64,000 bases of DNA from the human T2T-CHM13v2.0 reference genome, Homo sapiens, in assembly GCF_009914755.1 (NCBI RefSeq), contig NC_060929.1; one strand, written 5' to 3'. This document shows positions 27,716 to 40,506 of this stretch, piece by piece. Under the pieces are notes generated by a model that ran no database searches, had not been told where the DNA came from, and saw only the letters and a list, made by a program, of their open reading frames with translations. How positions within the stretch are numbered: the stretch's first letter is position 1; each line of letters opens with the position of its first letter. Both the position numbers and the translations under genes were made by a program.

Positions 27716-29244
27716 AAGAAGAAAAGTGTTCAGCGAATTTTTTACCGTTATATTCATCAGAGCTCAACATGAGCCCTCTTTTTTTTCTAATTTGCAAATG
27801 TACAAATTGCATTTCCTGAAAAGAACATTTTAATTTTGTGAACAATGTTCATTATGTTATTATGTTAAGTGGCAATTTTAATTCATCAAGTTAAATCATT
27901 TCAGAGTCTAAATTGTGCTATTCACATCTACTAATCTCAAAAGTATAAGAAAACAAAATTTTATTGGATTTAGTTTGCCTTGTCTCAATCAAACTGAACA
28001 CGGATCAATTGTTAACAGGTGCTATCGTAAATCTAAAATTACCTATCTTAATGATGATCCCCTATTATATTTAAGACAGTAAAGGACCTTGGGATTGATA
28101 GATCTGCTTTTCCTATTCCCTTAAGCAGCACTGAGAAGAAGAACCAGAAATCACAAATGCCTGAAAAATTTCACTGATGCCCCCCTTTCTGAAGGAAGTG
28201 GTCTGGTGAGCTGGAAAAGCATGCCTACAAGGCAGAGGATGTGGAGTGCCCTTCTAGATCTGAAACACTTTCCCCTACAGTAGAGAGATTATATATAACA
28301 CAGTAGAAGCCAAAAGAACTCCCTAAATCACCAATAGGGAGGGAGGCAGAAGAGCTCATGTATTGACTTCCGCAAAAATAATTGTATCCCACAGCAAATG
28401 CTCAATGGAATTTATTAATAAAACAAAAGGAGAATAGCAAACACATACTAAAAGGCTAATCAATCTGGTAAAAGAAAATTGTAAAACCTTATGTGAAGGT
28501 CTTGGTTTGTTGCAATTAAGTAACACCAGAATCACCTGGAAGAATTTCTAAATTTTTTTACCTCTACTCTCGTCCCCTCATATAAAGAAAGGAAGGCAGA
28601 GAGACAAATAGAGAGAGAGATGAGTGAGGTGAGGACTGCCCAAAGGAAGGCATGGCAAAACCAAATTTATGGGCTTGCTCTGATACAGGGTAACAATCTG
28701 GAACCCAGGAGCATCTGCCAAGGAGTAGGGATAGGCATCTAACACCAACTCTCTCCATGGAGCACATTAGAGGGTTCTTCAGATATATCCCATGGCCCTG
28801 TACACTCCCCTGATCCAGAACCTTCTGCTAGGTTTCTCTTTCTCCAACTCTCAGCCTTGTTGGGGTGGGTCCTGAGAAAACTCAAGCCTAGCTATCCGCT
28901 CTATGGGCCCACTTGGCCCACAGAAGACTGTTGAATGTTTGACTCTCACCAAATTACAGAGTACAGCTTGACCAACTGCTGGTTCCTCAATCCTTGCCTC
29001 ACCAGCAGAGGCAAAACATCAGCCTGACTCCTACTGTTAGAGTTTCCAAATAAGAGATGAGCATACATCTCCTCATTTTGCAAACAGCTTCAATTTTCTG
29101 AATGTTTCTTTGAATGCCCCTCAGTTGGATTGAGGAAAAAGGAATGAACCACCCTCTCCATCTTTTTTTACCCCATGAGTGAGAGGAGAGGAAATGTCAT
29201 AATATTACCTACTCCTAAAACTTCCCTTCAAAGAATCCACTTGA

Positions 29245-29547
<303 letters not shown>

Positions 29548-30319
29548 CTAGTTGCTAAATCTTTACCTGTCTTCATATAGACCAGAATTGAGTAATAGTC
29601 ACACATCTATATAGTCACTTCTTAACTTCTTAAATGCATGCTGCAGAGCTATATCTAGTACATTTCTTTAGATCATGAAGTATTTATTATCCACTCGTCT
29701 CAACTTTCAGGCTTAGCCAATAGTCTGAAGAATGAGGAAAAATTATATTTACTTTATGTTACGTAATATTTCCAAGGCTTTGTTTATAACATTTGTTTAT
29801 GGCCACATGTTTTAGGTTGGTCTAAATCACATGTGCTAAATTAGAATGCCTTGATTTTCTTCAAATATTGAGAAAAAGCAGAGCATCTACCTACACTATA
29901 TTTTCAAAGAGGGACCATGGATTTGAGTCTTTTGGTTTAATGATTCACTTAAATGTCAAACAAGTTCTTATTTTTAATTAGCCAAAGCAATAAGTTGTTG
30001 TTAACTTCACAGATTTTTTAATGTCATGTAAACAATCTTTTTCTATAATTCCAGATTTTCTTTTAAATTATCAAAAAAAAAAAGGTAAGATACAGTTAGG
30101 TCTATTAAATGTATCTCCTACATGCCATTTTTTTCTTTTAAAACTAAACAAAACTCTTGTCTGGAACAGAGTACGGATGCTCATATCCACAGACTTCCCA
30201 TTAACTTTGGAAGCAAAAAATAAGAACTACATCTTTGTGAGAAGAATTTGGACTCTAAGCTTTGTGACTTTTAGCAAGGCAATCAATTTCTCTAGACTTC
30301 CCTTTCTTAAACATGCAAC

Positions 30320-31420
30320 ATATATGCCAGTGGCTCCTCAAAACCCGTTTTCACTCTACCTTTTTCTTCTAATTTTTTTTTTTTTTTTTTTTTCTGTAGA
30401 GATGAGGTCTCACTATGTTGCCCAGAATAGTCTCAAATCCCTGGGCATAAGGGATCCTCCTACCTTGGTCTTCCAAAGTGCTAGGATTACAGGCATGAGC
30501 CACGATGCCTAGCCCTTCTCTTTTCTTTTTAGGTGCACAGCTAGACTACATTTCCCAGCCCCCTTGCAATTTAATGGGGCGATATGGCTTGAGTCCTAGT
30601 CAATGGAATGGAAGCAAAAGTAATATGTGCCTTGGAGGCCTATCTCATAAAAACCTTCCATACGTGCATGCTCCTTTATGCTCTCTCTTTCTGGCTGACT
30701 AGACAGAAGATGACCCTCAGGGAGATTTTGACAACCTTGCTAATTGAACATAAACCATGTGCCTTCTCAGAATGTTTCAATTTCCTCTTTCTTTCCAAAG
30801 ATACCAATCACTGCCTGGATCACTCTGCTGCTGCCTTTGCTGGATCGTAAGCTAGCTGGAACTCCAGGTAAATTCCCATGCTTACCTGGCCCTCATGGTA
30901 CATTCTTGCCCATCTCTGTGATTACACTTCTACATTTGCACGAAATGCCACACTGTACCTGTAGTGTATGGCTTCCTGAGTGGTCGCTGCAGGGCAGATG
31001 ACACAACCTGAAAGCTCTGAAGAGTTAGAGCCTTTCAGGATGAAACTTGACCTCTATGAAATATGAAATAAGAACAAACCATGGCAAGTAACTCTTTCCT
31101 CATTTCTCCCTACCAGGAATAGTTCAAAGGTATGATTTCTCACTGGAAACCTTCCAGAGATGTGTCGTGTGTGCAGTATATACAACTATGTCTCATGCTA
31201 AAGCTGTTCCCAGTATAGTAATGCATTGCATGATCACATCGCTTTTTAATTTCCTTGCCTCATCTGTTGAAGATGTCAGAACCCTTGCCAGAGAGTCCGA
31301 CGATCCCAGTTGTTCACACAGGGTTGTTATATGAACAAATACAAACATATTGTGTTTAAGCTATTCTATATTTTTGAAGTTTCATAGCCACAGCAATTAC
31401 TGTTCCCCTAAATGATACCA
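30320..31420 (+). mobile_element. Old MLT1 (J/K-like) LTR interrupted by a FLAM and probably an LTR16-like element (~30740-31270)
   Basis: CTACATTTCCCAGCCCCCTTGCA...CAATGGAATGGAAGCAAAAGT is an MLT1 core; the middle GACACAACCTGAAAG block resembles LTR16; boundaries approximate. Confidence 0.5.
30373..30514 (-). mobile_element. FLAM / Alu left monomer
   Basis: Poly-T plus GTAGAGATGAGGTCTCACTATGTTGCCCAG...GAGCCAC single arm. Confidence 0.88.
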
Positions 31421-31452
31421 TATCTAAGTGTGAACTTGACCCCATATTTCCT

Positions 31453-31710
31453 TGAGTGGTTAAGAAATGGACTGTGGAGCCACGCTGCTGGAGTTCACAT
31501 CTCAGCTTCTTACTTCTGTAGTGTGACCTTGGGAAAATTACTTACCTTGTGTGGCACAATTTCTTCGCCTATAAAATGAAGACTAATAATCATCTCTATT
31601 AAAAAGTGTTGTTACAAAGATTAAATTAGGTAATGCATGAAAAACTTTTATAATAGTTCCTGGCACACAGTAAGTGGCCACTAGCTAATAACTATAATTA
31701 TTATCATTAT
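31453..31710 (+). mobile_element. MIR
   Basis: GTGGTTAAGA...GTGTGACCTTGGGAAAATTACTTA...CCTGGCACACAGTAAGT. Confidence 0.8.
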
Positions 31711-32495
31711 TCTAAGGTTTCTTCCAGTTAAAATTTGTTTATGATTTTATAAAATTTCTACACCACTATTTAAAAGAACATGGTAGTTCTCTTGCCTTTG
31801 TTTCATGGTTTTCTCTTTTACATCCCCTCCCCAACAGCGCCCTTTTCAAAAGAGAATCTATACAGTCATTTGTAGGACACACCCCTTTTTATTACATTAT
31901 GGTAATATCAGAGTAAAGTTGTGTAATTCATAAGTACCCACTCTCAAGTTACTTCCATTTATCATAGTTAACACAACAATCTGACTTTCATAATTATCTA
32001 AAACTTCATTTACTTTGTCCCCTAATCCTTCACTAGAGGACTAAAAAAAATAAAAAGTGAATTTTTTCCTTGAGGGGGACGTCCTATATATTTGGATTCT
32101 TCTAATGTAATCCCTATTTCCAGGTCAAAACTGTTCTCTTCATGACCACTCTAACCTTGGCTAAGGAAATGGCTCCACACTTAGAAGAGCTCTCTATGCT
32201 TGCCTCTCTTTTTTCTAGCATGTCTTGAGAAAAATGTTCAGTGGGGGATTTTCTACTTCTTTGCATCCCTTTCCCTCTCTTGAATCCAAGGGCCTTAAGC
32301 TTTTTCTACTTATCCATTATGTTCAATGTTCTTATTTACTCTCTCAGCGTTTTTTTTATGTTTTTAGACTCCTGCCTCCTCATATGGGCTACTTCTATTC
32401 CAGAGTGGAGATATCCAACCCATCTGTATTTTACAGAGAGAGTTTTCAACCTGGAGGCAAGTATAACACAACATATAATACTTTTAAAAAGTCTC

Positions 32496-32796
32496 AGCCA
32501 GGCACAGTGGCTCAAACCTGTAATTCCAGCACTTTGGGAGGCCAAGACAGATGAATCACTTGAGGTCAGGAGTTTGAAACTAGTCTGATCAACATGGCAA
32601 AACCCCACCTCTCCCAAAAATACAAAAATTGGCCAGGTGTGGTGGTGCACACCTATAGTCCCAGCTACTCGGGAGGCTGAGGCATGAGAATCACTTGAGC
32701 CTGAGAGCCAGAGGTTGCAATTAGCCAAGATAGTGCCACTGCACTCCAGCCTGGGCGACAGAAAAAGACTGTCTCAAAAAAATAAATAAATAAAAA
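32496..32796 (+). mobile_element. Alu (old S-like)
   Basis: Full dimer with A/(AAAT)n tail. Confidence 0.93.
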
Positions 32797-32803
32797 CAGA
32801 TAA

Positions 32804-32977
<174 letters not shown>

Positions 32978-33299
32978 TGAGTTGGTTCCTTCCCTTTGTT
33001 TGAACAGTCAAACTGGTTAGCAGTAAAATGATGGAGAATCTATTTCTGTTACTACTCAGAACATTTGAAGCAGGAAAAATGTGATGACAATTCTAGGTCA
33101 ATAGCTTTAAAAACATTAGTTTTAAAAGAACAAAAATTACCTCTGTTGTGAGAGGGAAATTAGTGCAGCAAAAAGAATAAGGACACAAATAATCATGCTA
33201 CACGTCTGATTCTGCAAAAGGGGTGACCAAAATTTCCAAAAGAACTTAGCACTTGTTGTGCCCTCTGGTTCCTTCCTAGCCCCTCTTGATGTCATGCTT

Positions 33300-33490
33300 C
33301 TGATTTGGCTTTGAATCCAGATTTAGCAACCTTTTCCACTTATTAACCATGTCATTTTCTTTCAACCATTCTTTGTAAAATGTGAGGAGTGTCTACTTCT
33401 CTAGGTTGCGAGGAGGATAAAAAATGACTGTGTGTTTAGAATATTCTAACAGCTAATCTGTCACATGATAAGTACTCAATAATGCAGCAT
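33300..33490 (+). mobile_element. MIR relic
   Basis: GGCTTTGAATCC...TTTGTAAAATG...GGTTGCGAGGAGGATAAA...ATAAGTACTCAATAA. Confidence 0.55.
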
Positions 33491-33549
33491 GTTGGTTCTC
33501 TCCATTTTCCTGATCTTCATCCGTTTGTAGATAATTAAAACGATGAGTC

Positions 33550-33859
33550 AATGGAGCACAGTGGTGCATGCCTGTAATCCCAGCGCTTTTGGAGGCCAAG
33601 GCAGGTGGATTGCTTGAGCTCAGGAGTTCAAGACTAGCCTGGGCAACATAGTGAAAACCCTGCCTCTACTAAAAATATAAAAATTAGCTGTGGGTGGTGG
33701 TGCATGCCTGTAATCCTAGCTACTTGGGAGGCTGAGGTAGGAGGATTGATGACCAGGACGTCGAAGCTGCAGTGAGCCAAGATTGCACCACTGCATTCTA
33801 GCCTGGGCAACAGGGGCCCTGTTCTCAGAAAAAAACAAAACAAAACAAAAAAAAAAAAA
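33550..33859 (+). mobile_element. AluJ-like
   Basis: TGCTTGAGCTCAGGAG and CCTGGGCAACATAG J diagnostics; (AAAAC)n tail. Confidence 0.9.
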
Positions 33860-36082
33860 CCTAAGACACGGCTAGGAATGATCAAAAAAGATAGAGCATA
33901 TCTTAGTATAAGTAAGAAAATTAAACTATTCTTGCCATTTGTTTGTGAGGATCATAAAACAGGAGACATGCCTACCATATGAGAAAATGGACTGCTTGCA
34001 GGTATCTGCTTTGATAAGTGCAGAGCTTTTGTTAGGAAATCAAATCCCACATTAATGGGCTTGCCCTCTTTCTAGGTCACATAGGGAAGTATAGAATTGG
34101 GCCATGGAAGTTTTTCTATTCTTTTAAATTATTGAAAATTTGTGCATTTATCTTTCAAAGACAAAACAGAATATACTAAGAAATGCCAGACAAGTAGAAA
34201 ATAAATGGTACTGCAAGATTTTTTCTCTGTATTGACAACTGAACGGAAATTGAAATAAAACAGGGAGGTAGACAGTTTAGCCAAATGATATGAGCATGAT
34301 TAATGTTCTAAGCGATGTCTAACCAAGTCAAAGCATGTATTTTACTATTTGTTAACACCCCCAGGACCCTTGGTCCAGTTAGTTTTGACACATTCCAGCC
34401 AAAATCCTTAAAAATAAACAAAATCCCATGGCCTGAGCTAGAAACAACATATTTAGGAGTTTTTAGTTTTGTGTTACTATATGGTAAAAAAAGAGTTAGG
34501 TAAGCAATAAGGTAAAGGAGTTAATCACTTATTTCTTTGTATATTTTATACCAATCTTTATCCCTAAGTTTACTTATAGAGATATATATAAAATGGAATC
34601 ATACAGTTATGTTACTGAAAATAGCCTCAAAATCTACAGTAGAAGTTCTAAATCAATTAGTATCCAACCTGCTCATGTAGCTAATGCCTTTCATTGTCCA
34701 CCCACTCTAGTATCTAATAATCCAAATGGTGATAAATAAAGAAAAGTAGGTAATTTTTTTTATCCATGAGACTGTCTTTTTCAATTCCATTAATATCAAT
34801 AAATATGTATTGCATTCTCATCATGTACAAGACAATAGTATTAGGTTCTACATTTCATTTATTCAAATCAACCATAGTGCTAGTGAGACCAAGTTTGTAA
34901 AATCAAGCTCTCTAATGGTAGAGCTAATATATGTCTATTAGCTGATCACAGAGTGCTTTTCTAATTCTGGAACTGAAAATTAAAGGCAGTCATTCCTTAG
35001 AGAAAAAGAAGGCCAAGCAAGGGATTATGGCTCCATCAGATAATATCATTAAGTTATCTCCTTACCACACCTGATAGAGAAATTCAGATTGCTAATTAGC
35101 TGCCTATAATGCTGAGCTTTTTAAAGCTTCAGGAGATGAAAAAATGCTTCTGATTGATTATTACATTCTGACAGTGGCCCATGTGGCAGAAACTAGGCAC
35201 TTCATTTCTAACATTTAAAAAGCAGTTGCTATTCTATTGTCTTGTGCTGAGCCATCTTACTTATTCTTATGCTGATACTTCATAAATCTTGCATCCTTCC
35301 TTGGAGCTTTCCCTTACAAAAATCACATATAAATACTTTTCAAAAAATAAAAGTGTCTCCTGTTGCTATAATTTTTATATTGGATGAAACTTAGCTGCCT
35401 AAGGATAATAAATGAGAAGAAGAGACAGAGATACCTAAATAGTTGATAGACTCTGGTTGCCCAGATTTTTAAAATATGATTCTTTCTCTGAAGTGAGATA
35501 CCTGAGACGACATTTTTGTCATTGATGCCTTTAAAATTTTTTGTTTGAATGCTATAGTTCTTATCCAGTCATTTTGGCCTGATTTGTTGGGTTTGATAAC
35601 TGTTTGACTTATTTTGAAATTGAGGGTAGGAAGGGGAAATCTTTGATTATTTCTAATTTTTATATATTTTATTAGTAATTACTGTGTTTTCATAAATGTT
35701 TTTAAGTGTTCACACTTTAAAACCAATTGGACTTCTGGGTATGTAGAGTAAAATTGATTTTACTGTATTAAACTACTAAAAATGTTTCTATAATTTTTCT
35801 TCAGTTAGAAAGAACTACTAAGGCTAAATTTCTGAGCTTTAAATTTTTAGGAACTTACTCCTTCAATTTTCTGATGTAGACGCATGTTTACAGCTATGAA
35901 AACAAAACCTCTAAATGAAGGTGCTAAGCTAGTCTTATTCTAACCATATTTTAAATAGGAGTATCTAAATAAAGATCATATTTTACTTTTTCTTTTAGTT
36001 TGTAATATTGGAAACAGAGTTGAAGATTCTCCTGCAGCTACCAAGTCCTAAGCATATAATGATGCTTGTCAAGATGAAAATA

Positions 36083-36732
36083 CAGTTGATCCTCATTATT
36101 TGTGGATTCTGTATTTGTGAAATTGCCTACTTGCTAAAATTTATTTGTAATTCCAAAATCAATATTCACTATGTTTTCATGGTCATTCAATCCTGCACAG
36201 AGCAGGGAAAAATATTTCAGTCCCCCAGAGTGTACAATCCCAGCTGAGGTTGAACAAGGTGACAGGTAACATTTTGTTTTTTTTGTTTCAGTTCTCATAC
36301 ATGTAACAGATGTCCTTTTCATGGCCTATTTAATGCCACTTATCACATTTTTGTGCTTTTTGTCAGTGGTTTCACTATATAAAATGGTCCCAAAGTGAAG
36401 TACTGAAGTGGTATCTGGTGTTCCTAAGAACAAGAAGGTCATGATGTGCTTTAGGGAGAAAATACGTGTGTTAGATAAGCTTTGTTCAGAACTGAATTAT
36501 ACTGCTGGAGGCCAGGAGTTTGATGCTATCAAATCAATAGTATACGTTAAAGTAGGTGTCTTTTACAGAAACACACATATGATAAGGTAATGTATTGATA
36601 AGTTGATAAAAATGTTGAGACCAGAGGTTCATAAGGACCAAACACTGTATTTCCCTTAGTTCAATATTCACAAATTCAGGGCTTTTGGCAACTTTATAGA
36701 ACATATCTACCATGAATAATCATTATCAACTG
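36083..36732 (+). mobile_element. MER44 (Tigger-family) DNA transposon
   Basis: Terminal inverted repeats CAGTTGATCCTCATTATT ... AATAATCATTATCAACTG; left TA flank (right flank CA). Confidence 0.85.
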
Positions 36733-38714
36733 CAAATACTTGTGGTCAGAATTAGTCTACAGATGATCAGACAATGGGCATACATACCTTCAGGTTGCAT
36801 TTCACTATGATCCCACAGCTGCCTTAAGCTGATTTTTAAACCCCCTCCCATCCAACAAAGAACTTAGCTCAATTTACCTTCTACCCCTACCTCATTTTTG
36901 TAACCACTTGTTACTGCAGTCTCTCAGTTGATATGATAGTCTCAAAACTGTATAGAAAACTAAAGTCCTTGAGATTTCTGCAAATTCCCAATGATTATAT
37001 GTTTTCCTATACCTCTCTGGCTTATTCTACTGCTTCTGCTCATTTCATTTAGTTTATGGACCACCTAATGATTCCATTTCCATTAAAATTATAAATACAC
37101 GTACAAACATTTCATATAAGGCATTGACAAGTTTGGGAAAATCTACTGACATTTTGGGGCTACAGAAACGAGGACAGAATCCTAGTTCAGAAAAATAAGA
37201 AACTTTACATTGAATATAATACATTTTTATTCTAAAGATATCCTTCAGCTACAACATCACTGGAGAATTTCCAGTGCTTATGTATCTCCCATTATGCCTT
37301 GGCCTCATAGCCTATCCTCTATACCCTTCCTTTTCAGGAGAAAAAAAAAATGTATCTTATTTTTGCCTACAGAGCAGTTTAGCTATCCTATTATATTGCA
37401 GTATGATTTACCCACACCCCAAGTGTTCCATCATCTATACCAAGAAGCCTATTAAGGTCTTTTTCTGAAGAAAAAGTAAGTTTCCTCTCTATATAAATTC
37501 TATTGCCAGCTGTTGGTAAGAAATATGAGAGTTAGAGAGATCTAGTATCTTTTCAGCATTAAAGAGCTACTACATGGTAGAGCCAAGATTGTAACACACA
37601 CATTTGTACACCAGATTCCAACCCTAAAATTACAATGTTTTCTATACACAAATACCATCCTTTCTTCTCCCTTGAAACCCCTCCTAAAATATAAATATTC
37701 ACTAACGAATCTTCCTCGGCTTTATTCTAAGAGAACTAGCTTCACACAAGTAAGGCCATATCTACTGGCTTAAGTAAAATAGAAAAAAAAGTATTATACT
37801 TATAGACATAAAATGTATAAGCAAAATAATACTGTATGTAGTAGGGAAGAGAGGAGAACTTGCCTAGATTTCAGGGTCAAATTTGTACAACGAGTTTATG
37901 CTTTGAAAATACTGTATACTCCAAATACATAGTAATGATGAGTTAAATAGTAACATAAACCAAAAAAGACATAGTCAAATTCATGTAAAAATAAACACCA
38001 CCATGCATCAGAAACAAAGTAGAATATCCAAAGGGTAGATGAAGGGTGGAGTGTCAAACTTGCTTCCATTCAGGTCAGAGAGGAATGATGTGACTTCTGT
38101 GGAGGAAGGGGAGCTGAAAGTGTTTCTTGCAAAAAGGGGGCAGTAGTGAGTCTCACTGATTGAAATCAGGGCCTGATATGAGTTCTCTCATATGTAAAAG
38201 GAGGCTGACCAAAAAAAAAAAAACACATAGCAGACCTGCTGATGGGGACTTTGGCTTTTTCAGCAGCTGTGAGCCTAAGGAAGTAAACACAAACACACAA
38301 TCTTGGTACTAAAAGCTAATCTAAGCTACTTATTGGTTACATAATTTGGTCTTCCATATTTCCATGTGTTTGTGGAACATGTTATAAATCCTAGCTTTTT
38401 ACTGGGGCACAGAGAACTAAGTAGAGACAACATAAAACAGTTCAATAGAAAGTCATGAGCACAGAAGGAGAGAGAAAACAAAAACAAAAGCATTTGAAAT
38501 AGGTCTGCAAAATTCTAAAATAAATATGAGAAAACTAATAAGCCAAATAAAAATAAGAAGAATAGATTATATCTGAGGTGGAATTTATTTGATGAAAATG
38601 AGTTTGAAATAGTATACGGAGGATTTCAAAGAGGAATGAAGGTGCAATATCAATATAATAAGATATCATGAAACCAAAACAGGCAGAAAGGAGGTTGATA
38701 TTAAAAAGAACCAA

Positions 38715-39037
38715 GACCAGGCGCAGTGGCTCACGCCTGTAATCCCAGCATTTTTGGAGGCCGAGGTGGGCGGATCACCTGAGGTTGGGAGTTCGAGACC
38801 AGCCTGACCCACATGGAGAAACCCCATCTCTACTAAAAATACAAAATTAGCCGGGCTTGGTGGCGCATGCCTATAATTCCAGCAACTTGGGAAGGCTGAG
38901 GCAGGAGAATTGCTTGAACCAGGGAGGTGGAGGTTGCGGTGAGCCAAGATCATGCCATTGCACTCCAGCCTGGGCAACAAGAGCAAAACTGTGTCTCAAA
39001 AAATAAAATAAAATAAAATAAATTTTAAAAATAAAAT
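38715..39037 (+). mobile_element. AluSp-like
   Basis: ACATGGAGAAACCCC and CAACAAGAGC diagnostics; (AAAAT)n tail; complex flanking duplication (see findings). Confidence 0.93.
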
Positions 39038-40506
39038 AAAAAGAACAAAGTTGATATTAAAAAGAACCAATCAGGATTTCACTTATGGTCAGATCCTGCC
39101 AGATCTGACTCTCCTGCAGATAACAACTATAAACTCTAAACAAAATATAAACAGCAGCAACCTAAAGGCCCCAGAGAGTAAACCAAAACAAGGGTTGATG
39201 TTCCCACTTTTTATAATTGGTAGCCTTAGGGCAGATAAAAGTTGCTGCTACACAAGGTGTCTAAAACTCCAAGAGAAAAACCATAGTCTTTCTGGCCTGA
39301 AGAACCAGAGAAGAGAATTCAAAGCAACCACAAACACTTGGAAAGTGAGGGGGAGGGGAATTCTGAAGGGAAAAACATTCAGAATAAAGAGAGTCCCAAA
39401 TTCTGTATATAGACTCTCCCCAAATCTCTGGCTAGCCCCTGAACCATGCATGCAGTGGACAGACTCCAGCTAAAGATAAAAGAAGCGAATTAAGATTAGA
39501 GCTGCTTGTAGAGACAGAGGTTACAATTCAAGTCCAACCAAGTTAACTGCCTGCTAAAATACAAAAATTAATACTCTTTGGGGGAATATAACAGAGTTCC
39601 CATAATATAACATTTCACAACATCTAGGATAAAATCCAAAATTACTCAACCAGTAATCTATGATTCATTTTCAAGAGGAAAATACAATAAACACAGACCA
39701 GTCTGAGAGATCTATTTGTTACAAGTGGTAGACAAGGATTTTAAAGAACCTTTTATAACTAGCTCAAGTACATAAAGGAAAATATGTGCACAATAAATAA
39801 ATTTCAGCAGAGAAATGGAATATACTTAAAATGGAAATTCTAGAACTTGAAAACACAAATCTGAAGTTTAAAAAATATTTGGTTGGGTTTAGTAGCAGAA
39901 TGGAGGTGATGGCAGAAAGTCAGTGAACTTGTAGTTAGGTCAACAGAAATAGTTCAATCTGAAGAACAAAAGAGAAAGAGAACATTGAAAAAGTGAAAAG
40001 AGCGTCAGAGACCTGTTGAACAATATGAAATATCTAACATATACATAAGCAGAGTTACACCAGCAGAGGAAATAATGAAAAAAAATTTTTTGAAGAAAAA
40101 GTGGTGAAAAATTTTCAAGTTTGTTAAAAGTTAAAACTTACAGACTCAGGAATCTCAGAGATCCATTAACTTCTCACAGAAAATTCTGAAGGCTAGAAGA
40201 CAATGAAACAACATCTTTAAAGTGCTGAAACAATGTAACTGTCAACTCAGCATTCTATACCCAGTGAAAATATTCTTCAAGTCTGAAGGCAAAATAAGGA
40301 CATTTTTAGACAAAAGAAAATGAAAAAAAATATTGCCAGCAGGACTGTACTACAAGAAATACTAAAGGAAGTTTTTTAGGCAGAAAGTAAACATCAGATT
40401 GAAAGAAATCTTCAGTAAGAATGAAGAACATAAGAAATGGTAAATATCTGGGTAAATATAAGAGTATTGTTTTCTTTTAATTTCTTTAAAACACATAGGA
40501 TTATTA

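Noticed and set aside
30021-30512. 163-aa ORF
   Set aside because: Runs through a MIR-like piece, poly-T and an antisense Alu monomer; typical repeat-derived ORF.
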